Source: Nitrospirota bacterium (GTDB lineage Bacteria > Nitrospirota > Thermodesulfovibrionia > Thermodesulfovibrionales > Dissulfurispiraceae). Taken from it: a stretch of DNA of 64,000 nucleotides. Positions 36,814-49,341 of the stretch are shown one piece after another; position 1 is the stretch's first letter, and each line of letters starts with the position of its first letter. Made by a program: the position numbers and the translations under genes. The notes under the pieces were generated by a model. It worked only from the letters and a program-made list of their open reading frames with translations, did not search any database and was not told the origin of the DNA. The stretch is taken from positions 960,001-1,024,000 of the forward strand of contig CAVPZX010000002.1 of assembly GCA_963710375.1 (NCBI GenBank). Reading direction: 5' to 3'.

Positions 36814-38148
36814 GTGAATATAGAAGAAATTTGGAACAATAGCCTTTTAAAGATAGCTGAAAAAGTTGGAGAAAGTCTTTTTGAGTTATGGTTTAAGCCG
36901 ATGAGACTGATCAGTTTGAAAGACAAGGTTATAACGATAGGAATTCCCAACAGGTTTTTCAGAGAATGGATTGAGGATTATTATCCTGCAATTATTAATG
37001 AAACTGTTGAGCCGATTGCTGGGTACCCTGTTTCCGTTAAATATAAAATAATAGATAAAGAGGATGCGGAACTAAAAAAACAGGACACTAAACTCGAGAG
37101 CAGAAAGAATAAGCTCGCAAGCAGGGGAATTTATCTCAGTCCCAAATATACTTTTGATACTTTTGTTGTAGGCCCTTCTAACCAGTTTGTTCATGCCGCC
37201 TCCAGGAGAATCGGTGAGAACCCTGGAATTGCATATAACCCATTATTTATTTACGGCGGTGTCGGCCTCGGCAAAACACATCTGATGAATGCCATAGGCA
37301 ACATGATTGTCGATAAATATCCCGATAAAGTGGTCAGTTATTTACCTGCCGAGCAGTTTACCAATGAGGTCATTTCAGCGCTGCGGCATGAAAAGATGGC
37401 TGAGTTCAAAGATAAATACCGAAATGTCGATGTCATGCTTATCGATGATATTCAGTTTATCGCCAACAAAACAACAACGCAGGAGGAATTCTTCCATACC
37501 TTTAATGCCCTTTATGAAAAACAGCGCCAGATAGTTATGTCGAGTGACAGGGCCCCAATGGAGATATCCGACATAACCGACAGGCTCAGGTCGCGGTTCA
37601 GCATGGGGCTTATAGCGGACATTCAGCCTCCGGAAGTTGAAACAAAGGTAGCGATTATTTATAAAAAAGCCGGGATAGAAAAAATGTCCATACCGGAAGA
37701 CGTGGCTTATTTTATTGCGACAAAAATAAAATCCAACATAAGGGAACTGGAAGGGTGTCTTATCAAGCTTGGAGCACACGCATCGTTAACCGGGCTCCCC
37801 ATTGATACTGCTATGGCCCGGGTAGTTCTTAAAGATCTGATATCCGACGAAGAAAGGCCTATCACTGTTGACCTGATACAAAAGACTGTATGCGATTATT
37901 TCGCCCTAAAGCTTCAGGATATAAAAGCGAGAAAGAGGACAAAGGAAATAGCAAATGCGCGGCAGATAGCAATGTATATCACAAAGCAACAGACCCACCT
38001 CTCGCTCAGTGAGATTGGAAGATATTTCGGCGGGAAAGATCATGCAACCGTAATTTATGCCTGCAAGCAGATAGAAGATAAACGAGGCAAGGACGATAAT
38101 CTCAATAAAAGCATTGAAAATATTATACGCAGGATTACCGGGGTATGA
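36814..38148 (+). CDS. dnaA: Chromosomal replication initiator DnaA
   Basis: YTFDTFVVG, GGVGLGKTHL, IDDIQF, RELEG, GGKDHATV. Confidence 0.98.
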   Translation: MNIEEIWNNSLLKIAEKVGESLFELWFKPMRLISLKDKVITIGIPNRFFREWIEDYYPAIINETVEPIAGYPVSVKYKIIDKEDAELKKQDTKLESRKNKLASRGIYLSPKYTFDTFVVGPSNQFVHAASRRIGENPGIAYNPLFIYGGVGLGKTHLMNAIGNMIVDKYPDKVVSYLPAEQFTNEVISALRHEKMAEFKDKYRNVDVMLIDDIQFIANKTTTQEEFFHTFNALYEKQRQIVMSSDRAPMEISDITDRLRSRFSMGLIADIQPPEVETKVAIIYKKAGIEKMSIPEDVAYFIATKIKSNIRELEGCLIKLGAHASLTGLPIDTAMARVVLKDLISDEERPITVDLIQKTVCDYFALKLQDIKARKRTKEIANARQIAMYITKQQTHLSLSEIGRYFGGKDHATVIYACKQIEDKRGKDDNLNKSIENIIRRITGV

Positions 38149-38248
38149 GTGTTTCCTGGCAGACTGTTTCAGTGGGGCTTCCCCAAAAGCAACGGACTTC
38201 TTGGGGTCTGGATCTCAAATCTTTTAGGGACAGTGAAAATGGAGGGGA

Positions 38249-39355
38249 TTGATGAAGGTCACAGTAGAAAAAAATGAATTGCTGAAAAAACTCTCAGATA
38301 TTCAGAACATTGTTGAGAAAAAAAATACCATGCCAATCTTAAGCCATTTTCTTTTGGTTGCGGAGAAGGGAGGAGCATACATAACAGCCACAGATCTCGA
38401 AACCGCCTTTAAAGAACCTCTTGTGCTTACAGTTGCAACTGAGGGCAAGCTATGCATTCCTGCCAAAAAACTATTTGAGATTGTGCGGGAAGTTGACGGC
38501 GATATAGTGCTTGATTCAAGCGATGCAAAATGGCTTAAAGTAAAGAGCGGAAAAAGCCAGTTCCGTCTTGCCTGTCTCTCTCATGATGAATTCCCGGTAT
38601 GGCCGTCGCTGCCGGATGATGCCGATAAAATGGAAATAGATTCTCTCCTGCTGCTTGAGATGATCGACAAGACCCTTTATTCAGCTGGTGAGTCAGATAC
38701 CCGGTATGTTTTAAACGGACTTCTTTTTAATATAAAGACCGATGGTACTCTCACGGTTGTAGGCACCGATGGCCACAGGCTGGCACTTTCGACAAAGACG
38801 TTGGCCTCAAAACTTAAAGAAGAGAAAAAGATTATTTTTTCGAGAAAGTCCCTGGCTGAACTGAGAAGGTTCCTTGACGACGAGCCAAAACCGGTCAAGA
38901 TAGCAATAGGGAAGAACCACATTTTGTTCGAAATGGAATCTATTCAGTTCCTGACCAGGCTGATAGAGGGCACTTACCCTAATTATGAGCAGGTCATCCC
39001 AACTACCGCTGATAAAATCATTGCAATAGACAGGATAGCATTGATGAAATCGCTGCGACGGGTCTCTATAATGAGCAAAGAGCGGAGCAGCGCTGTAAAA
39101 GTGGATATCGAGCCCAAGTCTATGACCATATCCGCTTCTAATCCCGACTTCGGGGAAGCAAAAGATGAGCTCACAATAGACTATGCTGGAGAACCGATCA
39201 CTTTGGCATTTAACGCACGTTACATCCTTGATGCATTAATCGTGATGAGTACCGATGCTATAATGATTAAACTCAATGAGCCGCTCAGCCCTACGCTTAT
39301 CATGGAAAATGAAAAAGACGATTATAAATATGTAGTAATGCCGATGCGGCTATAA
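38249..39355 (+). CDS. dnaN: DNA polymerase III beta clamp
   Basis: ATDLE, RYVLNG, GTDGHRL, GTYPNY, VVMPMRL. Confidence 0.98.
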   Translation: MMKVTVEKNELLKKLSDIQNIVEKKNTMPILSHFLLVAEKGGAYITATDLETAFKEPLVLTVATEGKLCIPAKKLFEIVREVDGDIVLDSSDAKWLKVKSGKSQFRLACLSHDEFPVWPSLPDDADKMEIDSLLLLEMIDKTLYSAGESDTRYVLNGLLFNIKTDGTLTVVGTDGHRLALSTKTLASKLKEEKKIIFSRKSLAELRRFLDDEPKPVKIAIGKNHILFEMESIQFLTRLIEGTYPNYEQVIPTTADKIIAIDRIALMKSLRRVSIMSKERSSAVKVDIEPKSMTISASNPDFGEAKDELTIDYAGEPITLAFNARYILDALIVMSTDAIMIKLNEPLSPTLIMENEKDDYKYVVMPMRL

Positions 39356-39363
39356 GAATTACC

Positions 39364-39486
39364 AAGCAGTAGGAAGTAGGAACTAAGCAGTAAGCACTAT
39401 ACAAAAGAAACTTCTTTTAGTTATATAGTGTTTTTACTGCCTACTGCTTACTGCCTACTGCCTGCTGTTTATTGCCTGCTGCTTAC
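39364..39486. repeat. AGCAGTA-heptamer hairpin element between dnaN and gyrB
   Basis: agcagtaggaagtaggaactaagcagtaagc ... ttactgcctactgcttactgcctactgcctgc; same unit as in kdsB. Confidence 0.85.
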
Positions 39487-39506
39487 TTTATAAAAGAGGG
39501 AGAATA

Positions 39507-41919
<2,413 letters not shown>

Positions 41920-41931
41920 GTGAAGCATGCT

Positions 41932-42000
41932 TGTCGGTTAACGCATAAAGTGAAAAACTTAACACATATGATGAAAAAAATTAACGCATAAAATGAAAAA
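41932..42000 (+). repeat. Tn7-like end, gyrB-proximal (right end by Tn7 convention): three closely spaced TnsB-type sites
   Basis: TGT terminus; taacgcataaagtgaaaaa 41939, taacacatatgatgaaaaa 41960, taacgcataaaatgaaaaa 41982. Confidence 0.88.
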
Positions 42001-42298
42001 AGTTAGTTCTGTGTCGGTTAAGTTAAGGGATGTGTCAGATAAAGGATACAAAAATAAGGAAAGAAGCAAACGATTTAAAGAAGGGTTTCTGACTGACGAA
42101 GACATAAAGCGGATAAGGAAGAAACTGGGATTCACCCAAAAGCAGATGGCTGAAAAATTAGGGGTTGGTCTGAAGACTTTCGCTCGTTATGAGAACCTCT
42201 CAGTCCGCCAGGGCAAGGCGATGGATAATTTGTTGAGGATATTCGATAAATATCCAGAAGTTATGGCAGTTTTTGATAAAAAAATTGCATCTTCTTAA
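41993..42298 (+). CDS. MqsA-like XRE HTH antitoxin domain (orphan, no zinc finger)
   Basis: LTDEDIKRIRKKLGFTQKQMAEKLG...FARYE...QGKAMDNLLRIFDKYPE. Confidence 0.72.
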   Translation: MKKVSSVSVKLRDVSDKGYKNKERSKRFKEGFLTDEDIKRIRKKLGFTQKQMAEKLGVGLKTFARYENLSVRQGKAMDNLLRIFDKYPEVMAVFDKKIASS

Positions 42299-42315
42299 TT
42301 ATCGGGCAAATTAAA

Positions 42316-43252
42316 ATGTGTTCTATAGCCGCTGATGAGGCTCAATTTAGATTGCCAGAAGATGGCAATACCTACACGGCTGAAATAATTGATCGATGTC
42401 TGGATCTTATTTTTCATGGTATTTGGTCAGGTATCGATCAAATGCGACTGCGTAGATGGTTTGCAAACTTTTGTACGGACGAGGAAAAGTATTTCGCTGC
42501 TTGTATCCTTGATTCTTTAATTTATCGCTCTGAAGATCAAACTATATCTTTAATATGGCACCTTTTTCAGAGAATTTTACCTGATCTGATTCGCTATGAC
42601 AGTAGTCCCATTGGCGATACTATTGACTGGCAGAACGCTTTAAAGAGGGAAAGTTCTGCTACGGATCCTCTTATAAGACTAGTCACAGTTGTCAGAAGAT
42701 CTGATCCCCCTACGAAAAGCGCATATGTAATAGCTAGGCTTATGAAAAGGCACCTCTTCATAGATGAGCGATGGATTATTAAGCCATGGGAGGTCTCAGA
42801 TAAAATTAAACAGGGTGTGAAAATATTTCTTTTTATTGATGATTTTCTAGGGACTGGTGATCAATTCACTTCTTTTTTTAAGAGTGAGGACTTAGTTAAA
42901 CAATTGCCTCATATTTATGCCGCCTATGTCCCGCTTGTTGCTCATCAAACGGGAGTGAAACATTTGCGAGATACGTTTAGCGGTCTTAGAGTGACTTCAG
43001 TTGAAACTCTTGATGATTCTCACAATATTTTCGGAAACGACAGTAGTTGTTTTAAGGATGGGACTAACACTCCTGATATAGCTAAACAATTTTATTATGA
43101 GTCTGTTGCGAACAAGAAAGATGTTTATTTCGGAGACGGGTTATGGAGATCTCGGCTTGACATATGCGTTTTCTCATGCTGCTCCTGATAATTGTTTGCC
43201 TCTGCTCTGGTGGCCTCATGCTGTTTCGTGGTCTCCACTCTTTGATAGGTGA
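42316..43252 (+). CDS. Phosphoribosyltransferase-fold conflict effector (PRTase-CE-like), frameshift near 43100-43135
   Basis: PRPP loop FIDDFLGTGDQF; the other frame gives GYGDLGLTYAFSHAAPDNCLPLLW...WSPLFDR* ending 3 bp before the next ATG. Confidence 0.75.
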
Positions 43253-43255
43253 AAT

Positions 43256-45244
43256 ATGAATAGGCTAAAGACGTCTTTGCAAGATGTTTTTTCAATGAAT
43301 CGTGCTGAGGAGATTGGCTACGACGTATGGCGTCATTTTGTAGTTCCGCCCTTTTTTAATTATCTGGACCTATACACTGCCAGAAAGCCACGGGTAATCA
43401 TTGGCGGCAGGGGTTGTGGCAAAACAATGCTTCTGAGGTACCTATCGCATAAGAGCATGTTTTCACCTAATCGTGAGAGTATTCCGGAAAATGCTCTTTC
43501 CCATATTGGACTTTTTTGGCGTGCTGATACCCAATTCTGCAGCGCAATGAGGAAGCGTAATGTGCCTGAGGATGTATGGGAGTCAGCGTTTGGCCACTTA
43601 GCTGCACTTATATTGGGAATTGAGGTGCTTGATAGCCTTGATAGCATCGCACTCAGCAGATCCGGAGCTCTTAATCCTGAAGATGTGGAGAATATTGATT
43701 TCGGGATGCTACAGTCCTTTGATGATAAACTCCCTTCAACTGCTCATGAGCTCCGAAAGACGCTTAATAGTTATCTGTTAGAATTAATAACTTGGGTAAG
43801 TGATGTGAGAAAAGCTAGGGAACCTAATTTTTTGCCGGGCAAGTCATTTGTTTCAACTCTAATCACAATATTACAAGAACAACTGTCGGTACTGTCCAAG
43901 TCAACTTTTTTTGTTTATCTTGATGAATATGAAAATCTTTGTGATTACCAAAAGCGCATTATAAACACTTGGTTGAAACATAGTGAAGTTCCACTCATAT
44001 TCAATCTTGCAATGAAGAGAAATGCTTTTATTACCAACAAAGAAACTGTAGGAGCGGAATTACTCTCTGATATACATGATTATCGAGTTCATGATTTGGA
44101 AGAATATCTTGACAACGATGCTTATCCTATATTTGCTGCTGAAATACTTTTTTTGCACCTATCATTAACGGAGTATGATGACATTCCCATTGATGTAAAT
44201 ATGTTACGCGATCCAGATTTATTGGTGAAAAGAAAAGAAAAGATATATATAGAAAACATACTGGGAGCTGCTCAAAGCCTGTTCCCTGACATCTCTTTGT
44301 CTGAATTGGCAAGACTAGTATTTCAAGACAAAGCACTGTATTCAAAGCTGAATGAGCGCATTCAACAAGCGTTAGCTCATCGGAAATCTGATATTACATC
44401 AAATCGATTTATTAAACCGGATTTTGCAGAGGCGTCAATTGTGAATCAAGCCTTGCTTTACCGAAACAAATTGCAACCCGGAGAAATTATGCAAGAGATG
44501 GATATGTTGGCCGAAGGGAAGGACAATCGCTATACGGGAGATACGGATTGGATTCATAATAATTTTGTTGGTTGTCTCCTTCAATTGTACTCACCTTATT
44601 CAAGAGCGTGTCCTTTTTATGCCGGCTTTAAAACATTCTGCAAACTTTCGAGAGGCAGTATTAGGCATTTTTTGGAACTTTGTCACAATTCCATTTATCG
44701 AGCAATAGATGACGTCGAGGAATTTAAGAAACCAGTTGACTACATTAGGCAGGCGGAAGCGGCAAGCCAAGCTAGTGCCACTTTTTTACGCGAAATTAAG
44801 AGCTTTGGACCTTTGGGCAATCAGTTGCATGCTTTTGTACTTCGATTAGGCTCTCTTTTTGCTTTGGCTCATCGTCGCCCATCGCAAAGTGAATCAGAAC
44901 AGTCTCATTTCTCGATTAAAAATGGCAGAAGTCCATTAACTGCTGAGGACAACAATTTTCTTCTGGAGGCTGTTAAATGGTCAGTATTATTTGAACATTC
45001 TGGTACCAAGAAAAAAGCAGAATACATGCCGCAAACTATCGAATATGTTTTAAATCCTATTTATACACCATATTTCCATATAAGTTATCGCAAGAAAAGA
45101 AAGCTAGAGCTGTCAACTGATGAGGTTATAAGTTTAATTCGAGGCGATCTGAATGAGGTTACAACTCTTTTGAAACAATATGCGACCTCGTGGTTTGTTG
45201 ACCCTAACGAGGCTGCCCCTGTTCCTTTGTCGCTTTTCGAGTAG
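43256..45244 (+). CDS. ORC/CDC6-like (STAND-related) P-loop ATPase
   Basis: Walker A GGRGCGKT, Walker B FVYLDEYENL, LSRGSIRHFLELC sensor-like motif, C-terminal wHTH-like region. Confidence 0.75.
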   Translation: MNRLKTSLQDVFSMNRAEEIGYDVWRHFVVPPFFNYLDLYTARKPRVIIGGRGCGKTMLLRYLSHKSMFSPNRESIPENALSHIGLFWRADTQFCSAMRKRNVPEDVWESAFGHLAALILGIEVLDSLDSIALSRSGALNPEDVENIDFGMLQSFDDKLPSTAHELRKTLNSYLLELITWVSDVRKAREPNFLPGKSFVSTLITILQEQLSVLSKSTFFVYLDEYENLCDYQKRIINTWLKHSEVPLIFNLAMKRNAFITNKETVGAELLSDIHDYRVHDLEEYLDNDAYPIFAAEILFLHLSLTEYDDIPIDVNMLRDPDLLVKRKEKIYIENILGAAQSLFPDISLSELARLVFQDKALYSKLNERIQQALAHRKSDITSNRFIKPDFAEASIVNQALLYRNKLQPGEIMQEMDMLAEGKDNRYTGDTDWIHNNFVGCLLQLYSPYSRACPFYAGFKTFCKLSRGSIRHFLELCHNSIYRAIDDVEEFKKPVDYIRQAEAASQASATFLREIKSFGPLGNQLHAFVLRLGSLFALAHRRPSQSESEQSHFSIKNGRSPLTAEDNNFLLEAVKWSVLFEHSGTKKKAEYMPQTIEYVLNPIYTPYFHISYRKKRKLELSTDEVISLIRGDLNEVTTLLKQYATSWFVDPNEAAPVPLSLFE

Positions 45245-45255
45245 GAGGGTTATTC

Positions 45256-46158
45256 TTGAAAATCACAATGCAGGAGTGTGACATGTCTGCGAAGCTTTGT
45301 TTTTTGAAAGATGATATTGCCTTAATGGGGGTATGCCTTGATGATAGAGGCGAGGCTGCAAAGAAATTTTTACATGACAGGGCTGATGATATATATGCAT
45401 TAGAATATAACGTGGACGATTTTACTCTCAGTGTTAATGGATCAGTTATAAATGCCGAGAATATTGACGATTTTCTCCATCCGTTTATAGGAAAATCGAT
45501 AGTGTTGGAAACTACTACACTTGGCTTTGTAGAAATTTTTTTATGTTGCAGGGCCCTTAAGAATTTAGGGATTCCAAAGTTTGATTTGATATATGTGGAA
45601 CCTCACGGTTACAACAGTCCTCGTAGGACTGCTTCACTTCTTAATAAACGAGATTTTGAGCTTTCTGGCGAGGTTCCAGGGTACCGGGCTATTCCGGGCG
45701 CAGCGATTATGTTGACAGATAGGCAGCCGCAATTAGGCGTATTTTTTCTGGGTTACGAAGAAAGGCGGCTTGAACAGGCCCTTGAAGATTATCAAATGAT
45801 TCAAACTTCTCGTTGCTGCTCGGTGTTCGGTGTTCCAGCATTTAAGCCTGGATGGGAAATGGATGCTTTTGCAAATAATATTAGGGTTATTCGAGATAAA
45901 AATGTCAGGGGCGGGATAAAATTTTGTGGTGCTGAGAATCCTGCTGCTGCTGTAAGTCTTCTTACTGATATTTACAAGGGACTCGAACCAAATGAAAAGA
46001 TGTTTATTGCACCTTTAGGAACAAAACCTCACGGCATAGGAGTTGCCTTGTTCGCTTCTGTCCACAAAGATGTAGGCATTCTTTACGATCATCCGAGACG
46101 GCGACATGGACGCAGTAGTGACGTGTCCAGGTGGCATTTGTATACGGTGGAATTTTAG
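45256..46158 (+). CDS. Uncharacterised alpha/beta protein, possibly divergent tandem CARF-like Rossmann domains
   Basis: VFFLGYEERR, FGVPAFKPGWE, IAPLGTKPHGIG; ggagg RBS; operonic with the ATPase. Confidence 0.55.
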   Translation: MKITMQECDMSAKLCFLKDDIALMGVCLDDRGEAAKKFLHDRADDIYALEYNVDDFTLSVNGSVINAENIDDFLHPFIGKSIVLETTTLGFVEIFLCCRALKNLGIPKFDLIYVEPHGYNSPRRTASLLNKRDFELSGEVPGYRAIPGAAIMLTDRQPQLGVFFLGYEERRLEQALEDYQMIQTSRCCSVFGVPAFKPGWEMDAFANNIRVIRDKNVRGGIKFCGAENPAAAVSLLTDIYKGLEPNEKMFIAPLGTKPHGIGVALFASVHKDVGILYDHPRRRHGRSSDVSRWHLYTVEF

Positions 46159-46210
46159 ACATGATTTCTTGTCGGTCCCAATCAACTGCCTTAATCTTTT
46201 ACCTGAATGA

Positions 46211-46864
46211 TCAAGTATGTAGGGGTTTGTTGTGCCTGAGCTGCCCAACACATAAACGGGACCAGCTTTCCATTTTGCTTTTATAGCGGGATAATTTCTC
46301 GTATGAAATAAATCTGCAATCACTTATTGACTCTTCTGTTGATTTAATATTGGTGTCAGTAATAGTCCAAACTTCAACTACGCCGAAGTGTACACGACCG
46401 ACTGCGGTGCTGATGTCATTTATATAGCCTATTATTTGTTGAGTATCAATTAACGTTAAAGGTAAGAATACTTCTTCTTTAATCTCTCGAAGTGCTGACT
46501 TTCTTAATGTTGCCATAAAATCGATTTTCCTTTTACTTTTTACTATATCTTTTAATTCTACATGCCCACCAAGACCGATTGACAACTGTTCATGTAAACG
46601 TTTTTCTTTTCCTTTTATGGAACGTTTATACATTAAAAGCGAATTACTTTTCTTAAGTATTATGTAGGGAATAATCTGCCGGAAACCTGGGTCATACTCG
46701 ATGACTGAGCGTGGTGCAAACCACACGGGGCCTATTTGCAGCATTTCTGAAAGATCGAGCTGAGAAACGGGAATAAAGCCCTGAGTTTTTGTTTTTTCTT
46801 TTAAGATTCTTGTTTCTATACATAATACGCTTTCCCTTTCCATTAGTCTTTGGAACTCGTGCAA
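46211..46864 (-). CDS. NUDIX-family hydrolase (YmaB/COG4112-like)
   Basis: RQIIPY, RLHEQLSIGLGGHV, ALREIKEEV, VGRVHFG. Confidence 0.82.
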   Translation of the reverse strand: MHEFQRLMERESVLCIETRILKEKTKTQGFIPVSQLDLSEMLQIGPVWFAPRSVIEYDPGFRQIIPYIILKKSNSLLMYKRSIKGKEKRLHEQLSIGLGGHVELKDIVKSKRKIDFMATLRKSALREIKEEVFLPLTLIDTQQIIGYINDISTAVGRVHFGVVEVWTITDTNIKSTEESISDCRFISYEKLSRYKSKMESWSRLCVGQLRHNKPLHT

Positions 46865-48087
46865 AGAGAGGGTTTTATGGAGGGAGAGGGAATATTTTCA
46901 TTTCCTAATTCATATAAAGGGAAAGAAAATAAATCTCTCTTACTTATTACCTGTGCACATACTCCATGGGCTTGAGCGCTTAACCAGTTCTGACCCTCGT
47001 AAGACGCAAACGAATCAAACGCTATCTTTCTAAATACTTTCCCCACCCGTATTCTAATTATACAATCGGTAAGCCAGCAAGTACCTGACTTAACAAACGT
47101 CACTTTTCCTATGCATCGTTTCCCCACCCGAGCAAGTAAAATATCACCTTTTCTTGCGATGATACCTTTTCCGGAAGCCTTATCTCTGAATTTTACCCCA
47201 TTTTGAAATAATTCTGGAAAATCCGATGTGTGAAAAAAGGGCAGTTTTGTCCCCAATAATTCTTTATGTGTAAAGCTGCCTCTGACTATTTCGGCGCCGA
47301 TGTCAGACAGTGTTAGTAATGTTTTTTGGGGAGTATTTCTTTGCATCAAATTATAGAAAGTGAAATCCATCCGGCGTAGCAAGTTGTCTACTGAAACAAA
47401 TATTGCCTTTTTGCAGATAGCCGCATCATCAGCCAAATATAAGGGGATTCTTGACAAAGGTTCTGCGTCTTTTCTGATTAAGAGAATATGAGTCCTGGCC
47501 TCTGTTTTTGTAAAGATTTTATCTGGCAACTGAATTACTTTAAATACCTGATGGTTTTGAAGTAATGCTTCGCGAAATAAAACATAATTGTGACCAGTCA
47601 ATAAACTATCGGGGAGAATTATCCCCATCTCTCCCCCCTTGCGGAGCATCTGAAGATTTTGTGCAAGAAAGACCAAGTCAGATGTTAATGTAGGCAATTT
47701 AGTACATGTTGATAAACCGGCGCACTTAAAAATGTCGTTTAAATGGATGTTATTTTCTATTTTAAGGTATGGCGGATTACAAATAGCGACATCTACACTC
47801 CCGATACTTAGCTTTAACTCCTGAGGTAATTTATGAGATAGCCCGTTTATATTAAATAATTTTGCAAAAGGGAAATCCTTTTTTAAAATGCTTATTCCTG
47901 ATGAGTCAATCTCTGCAGCATAGTATTTGGCTCTTTGCCAGCGGTCATGAGCTGCACGTAACAGTGAACCTCTGCCCGCCCCTAGCTCTAATATGTGCCT
48001 AGGTTCATTTTGCGGTATGCTATCTACAAGCAATCTTGCTATTTGCCTCTCTGTATAATAACAGGCAAGAGTATTCATAAACTCCAC
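46843..48087 (-). CDS. Amino-DNA methyltransferase (N6-adenine type) with C-terminal TRD-like region
   Basis: YYT, ILELGAGRGSLL (motif I), NPPY (motif IV), ILPD, FTKTEART; GDILLARVG. Confidence 0.85.
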   Translation of the reverse strand: MEFMNTLACYYTERQIARLLVDSIPQNEPRHILELGAGRGSLLRAAHDRWQRAKYYAAEIDSSGISILKKDFPFAKLFNINGLSHKLPQELKLSIGSVDVAICNPPYLKIENNIHLNDIFKCAGLSTCTKLPTLTSDLVFLAQNLQMLRKGGEMGIILPDSLLTGHNYVLFREALLQNHQVFKVIQLPDKIFTKTEARTHILLIRKDAEPLSRIPLYLADDAAICKKAIFVSVDNLLRRMDFTFYNLMQRNTPQKTLLTLSDIGAEIVRGSFTHKELLGTKLPFFHTSDFPELFQNGVKFRDKASGKGIIARKGDILLARVGKRCIGKVTFVKSGTCWLTDCIIRIRVGKVFRKIAFDSFASYEGQNWLSAQAHGVCAQVISKRDLFSFPLYELGNENIPSPSIKPSLCTSSKD

Positions 48088-48088
48088 A

Positions 48089-48319
48089 TTAGAAGGTCTC
48101 GGTATCTTTAATTAACTTATCCAATGTAAGACCTAAAGCGTCAGCAATCTTTTTCATTCTTAAAATACCCGGATCTTTTGTGGCGCCATTCTCAATTTTC
48201 AAGAGCCACGAATATGTAATTTCAGCCTTTCTTGCCAATCCTTCTTGAGTAAATCCTTTTTTTTCTCTTTGTTTCTTAACGAGATATCCAATAGCTTTAT
48301 CCGGCGTTGCATCTTCCAA
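48089..48319 (-). CDS. XRE-family HTH regulator (controller-like)
   Basis: REKKGFTQEGLARKAEITYSWLLKIENG..DPG...KIADALG; immediately upstream of the MTase. Confidence 0.85.
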   Translation of the reverse strand: MEDATPDKAIGYLVKKQREKKGFTQEGLARKAEITYSWLLKIENGATKDPGILRMKKIADALGLTLDKLIKDTETF

Positions 48320-48332
48320 AACATTTCCTCGT

Positions 48333-48354
48333 TACTATCAAAATAAGGATAGTA
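48333..48354. promoter_or_regulatory. Palindromic operator upstream of the XRE gene
   Basis: TACTATC-N8-GATAGTA, 13 bp from the start codon. Confidence 0.5.
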
Positions 48355-48583
48355 TTAAACAGCTACTCCTTTACTAATTGCTGTATATTGCTACCCTAAA
48401 AAAACTATCCGTATAATACTACCAATTAATTTTTTTTTCAATAGCCTCAGTGAGGTTTGCTATAAATATTCATGAAGGTAGCTTAGGTGGAAAGCACCTC
48501 TTGTCTATAGCTTCCTCAAGGGTACCACTGGTTTGCCTCTTAAGGCACATATAAGATTTTTAACGTTTTGAAGTATACAAATG

Positions 48584-48623
48584 AAAAGCAGGGGGATCAT
48601 CACATTTAATGATCCCCCTGCTT
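48584..48623 (-). terminator. Rho-independent terminator downstream of the sigma-like gene
   Basis: aagcagggggatcat-N8-atgatccccctgctt, 15-bp stem with a short T run on the minus strand. Confidence 0.65.
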
Positions 48624-48681
48624 ATAATGGAGGCTGGCGGGCCATGATTGCAAAATTTATTTTTAGCCTGACAAGGTCAGA

Positions 48682-49341
48682 TTAATTATAATTTTCCTTA
48701 CAATCCATTTCTTCTGGGACCGATTCAGCGATTAATTCCCAGTGCGGCTTCCGATAAATGGATTGGGGTTTAAATCTCGTGAAGTCTTGATACTCAAGTC
48801 CTTTCCGCCGGACGATGGCATTTATTTGAGACTTTGCTTTTTTGATTTTTCTCTCTGCTGTACTCTTAGAGCAGCTGAATTTTTTTGCTACCTGCTCGTA
48901 CGTCAGTTTTTCGCCATAATACTTCAGGAGCATCTGGCGTGTTTTCTTTTCGTGGCCTGCAAGCAGAGTATCAACAAATGTTTTGACTTGTGCCAACAAT
49001 AGCCTGTTCAGGATATTTTCCGCTCTTAAGGGATATTCATGCTGTCCGGAAAAACCACGGGGAGTAACTTCGTCACTATAGCATTCATCCTGAGGCGCGG
49101 CTAATTCTCCTATATCGTCAACATATACCTCTTTTCCCTTTCTCTTACGGTAATCACTTCTAACCTTATGACGAACTTTTCGGAGATGACATTTAAAAGC
49201 GTCTCCTCGTGTCATAGAAGGATCTGCCCTGTAATAAAAAGTTTCCCTGCCCATCAGATATGTATCCGCAATGATGTCATGATTGTTTCTGCTGTAATAT
49301 CCAAGCCCATAGGCTTTACCGAGCTCGTCATTATTGAGCAT
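48682..49341 (-). CDS. Sigma-70 region-4-like HTH protein (divergent ECF-like)
   Basis: MLLKYYGEKLTYEQVAKKFSCSKSTAERKIKKAK; region-2-like FKCHLRKVRHKVRSDYRKRK. Confidence 0.62.
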   Translation of the reverse strand: MLNNDELGKAYGLGYYSRNNHDIIADTYLMGRETFYYRADPSMTRGDAFKCHLRKVRHKVRSDYRKRKGKEVYVDDIGELAAPQDECYSDEVTPRGFSGQHEYPLRAENILNRLLLAQVKTFVDTLLAGHEKKTRQMLLKYYGEKLTYEQVAKKFSCSKSTAERKIKKAKSQINAIVRRKGLEYQDFTRFKPQSIYRKPHWELIAESVPEEMDCKENYN

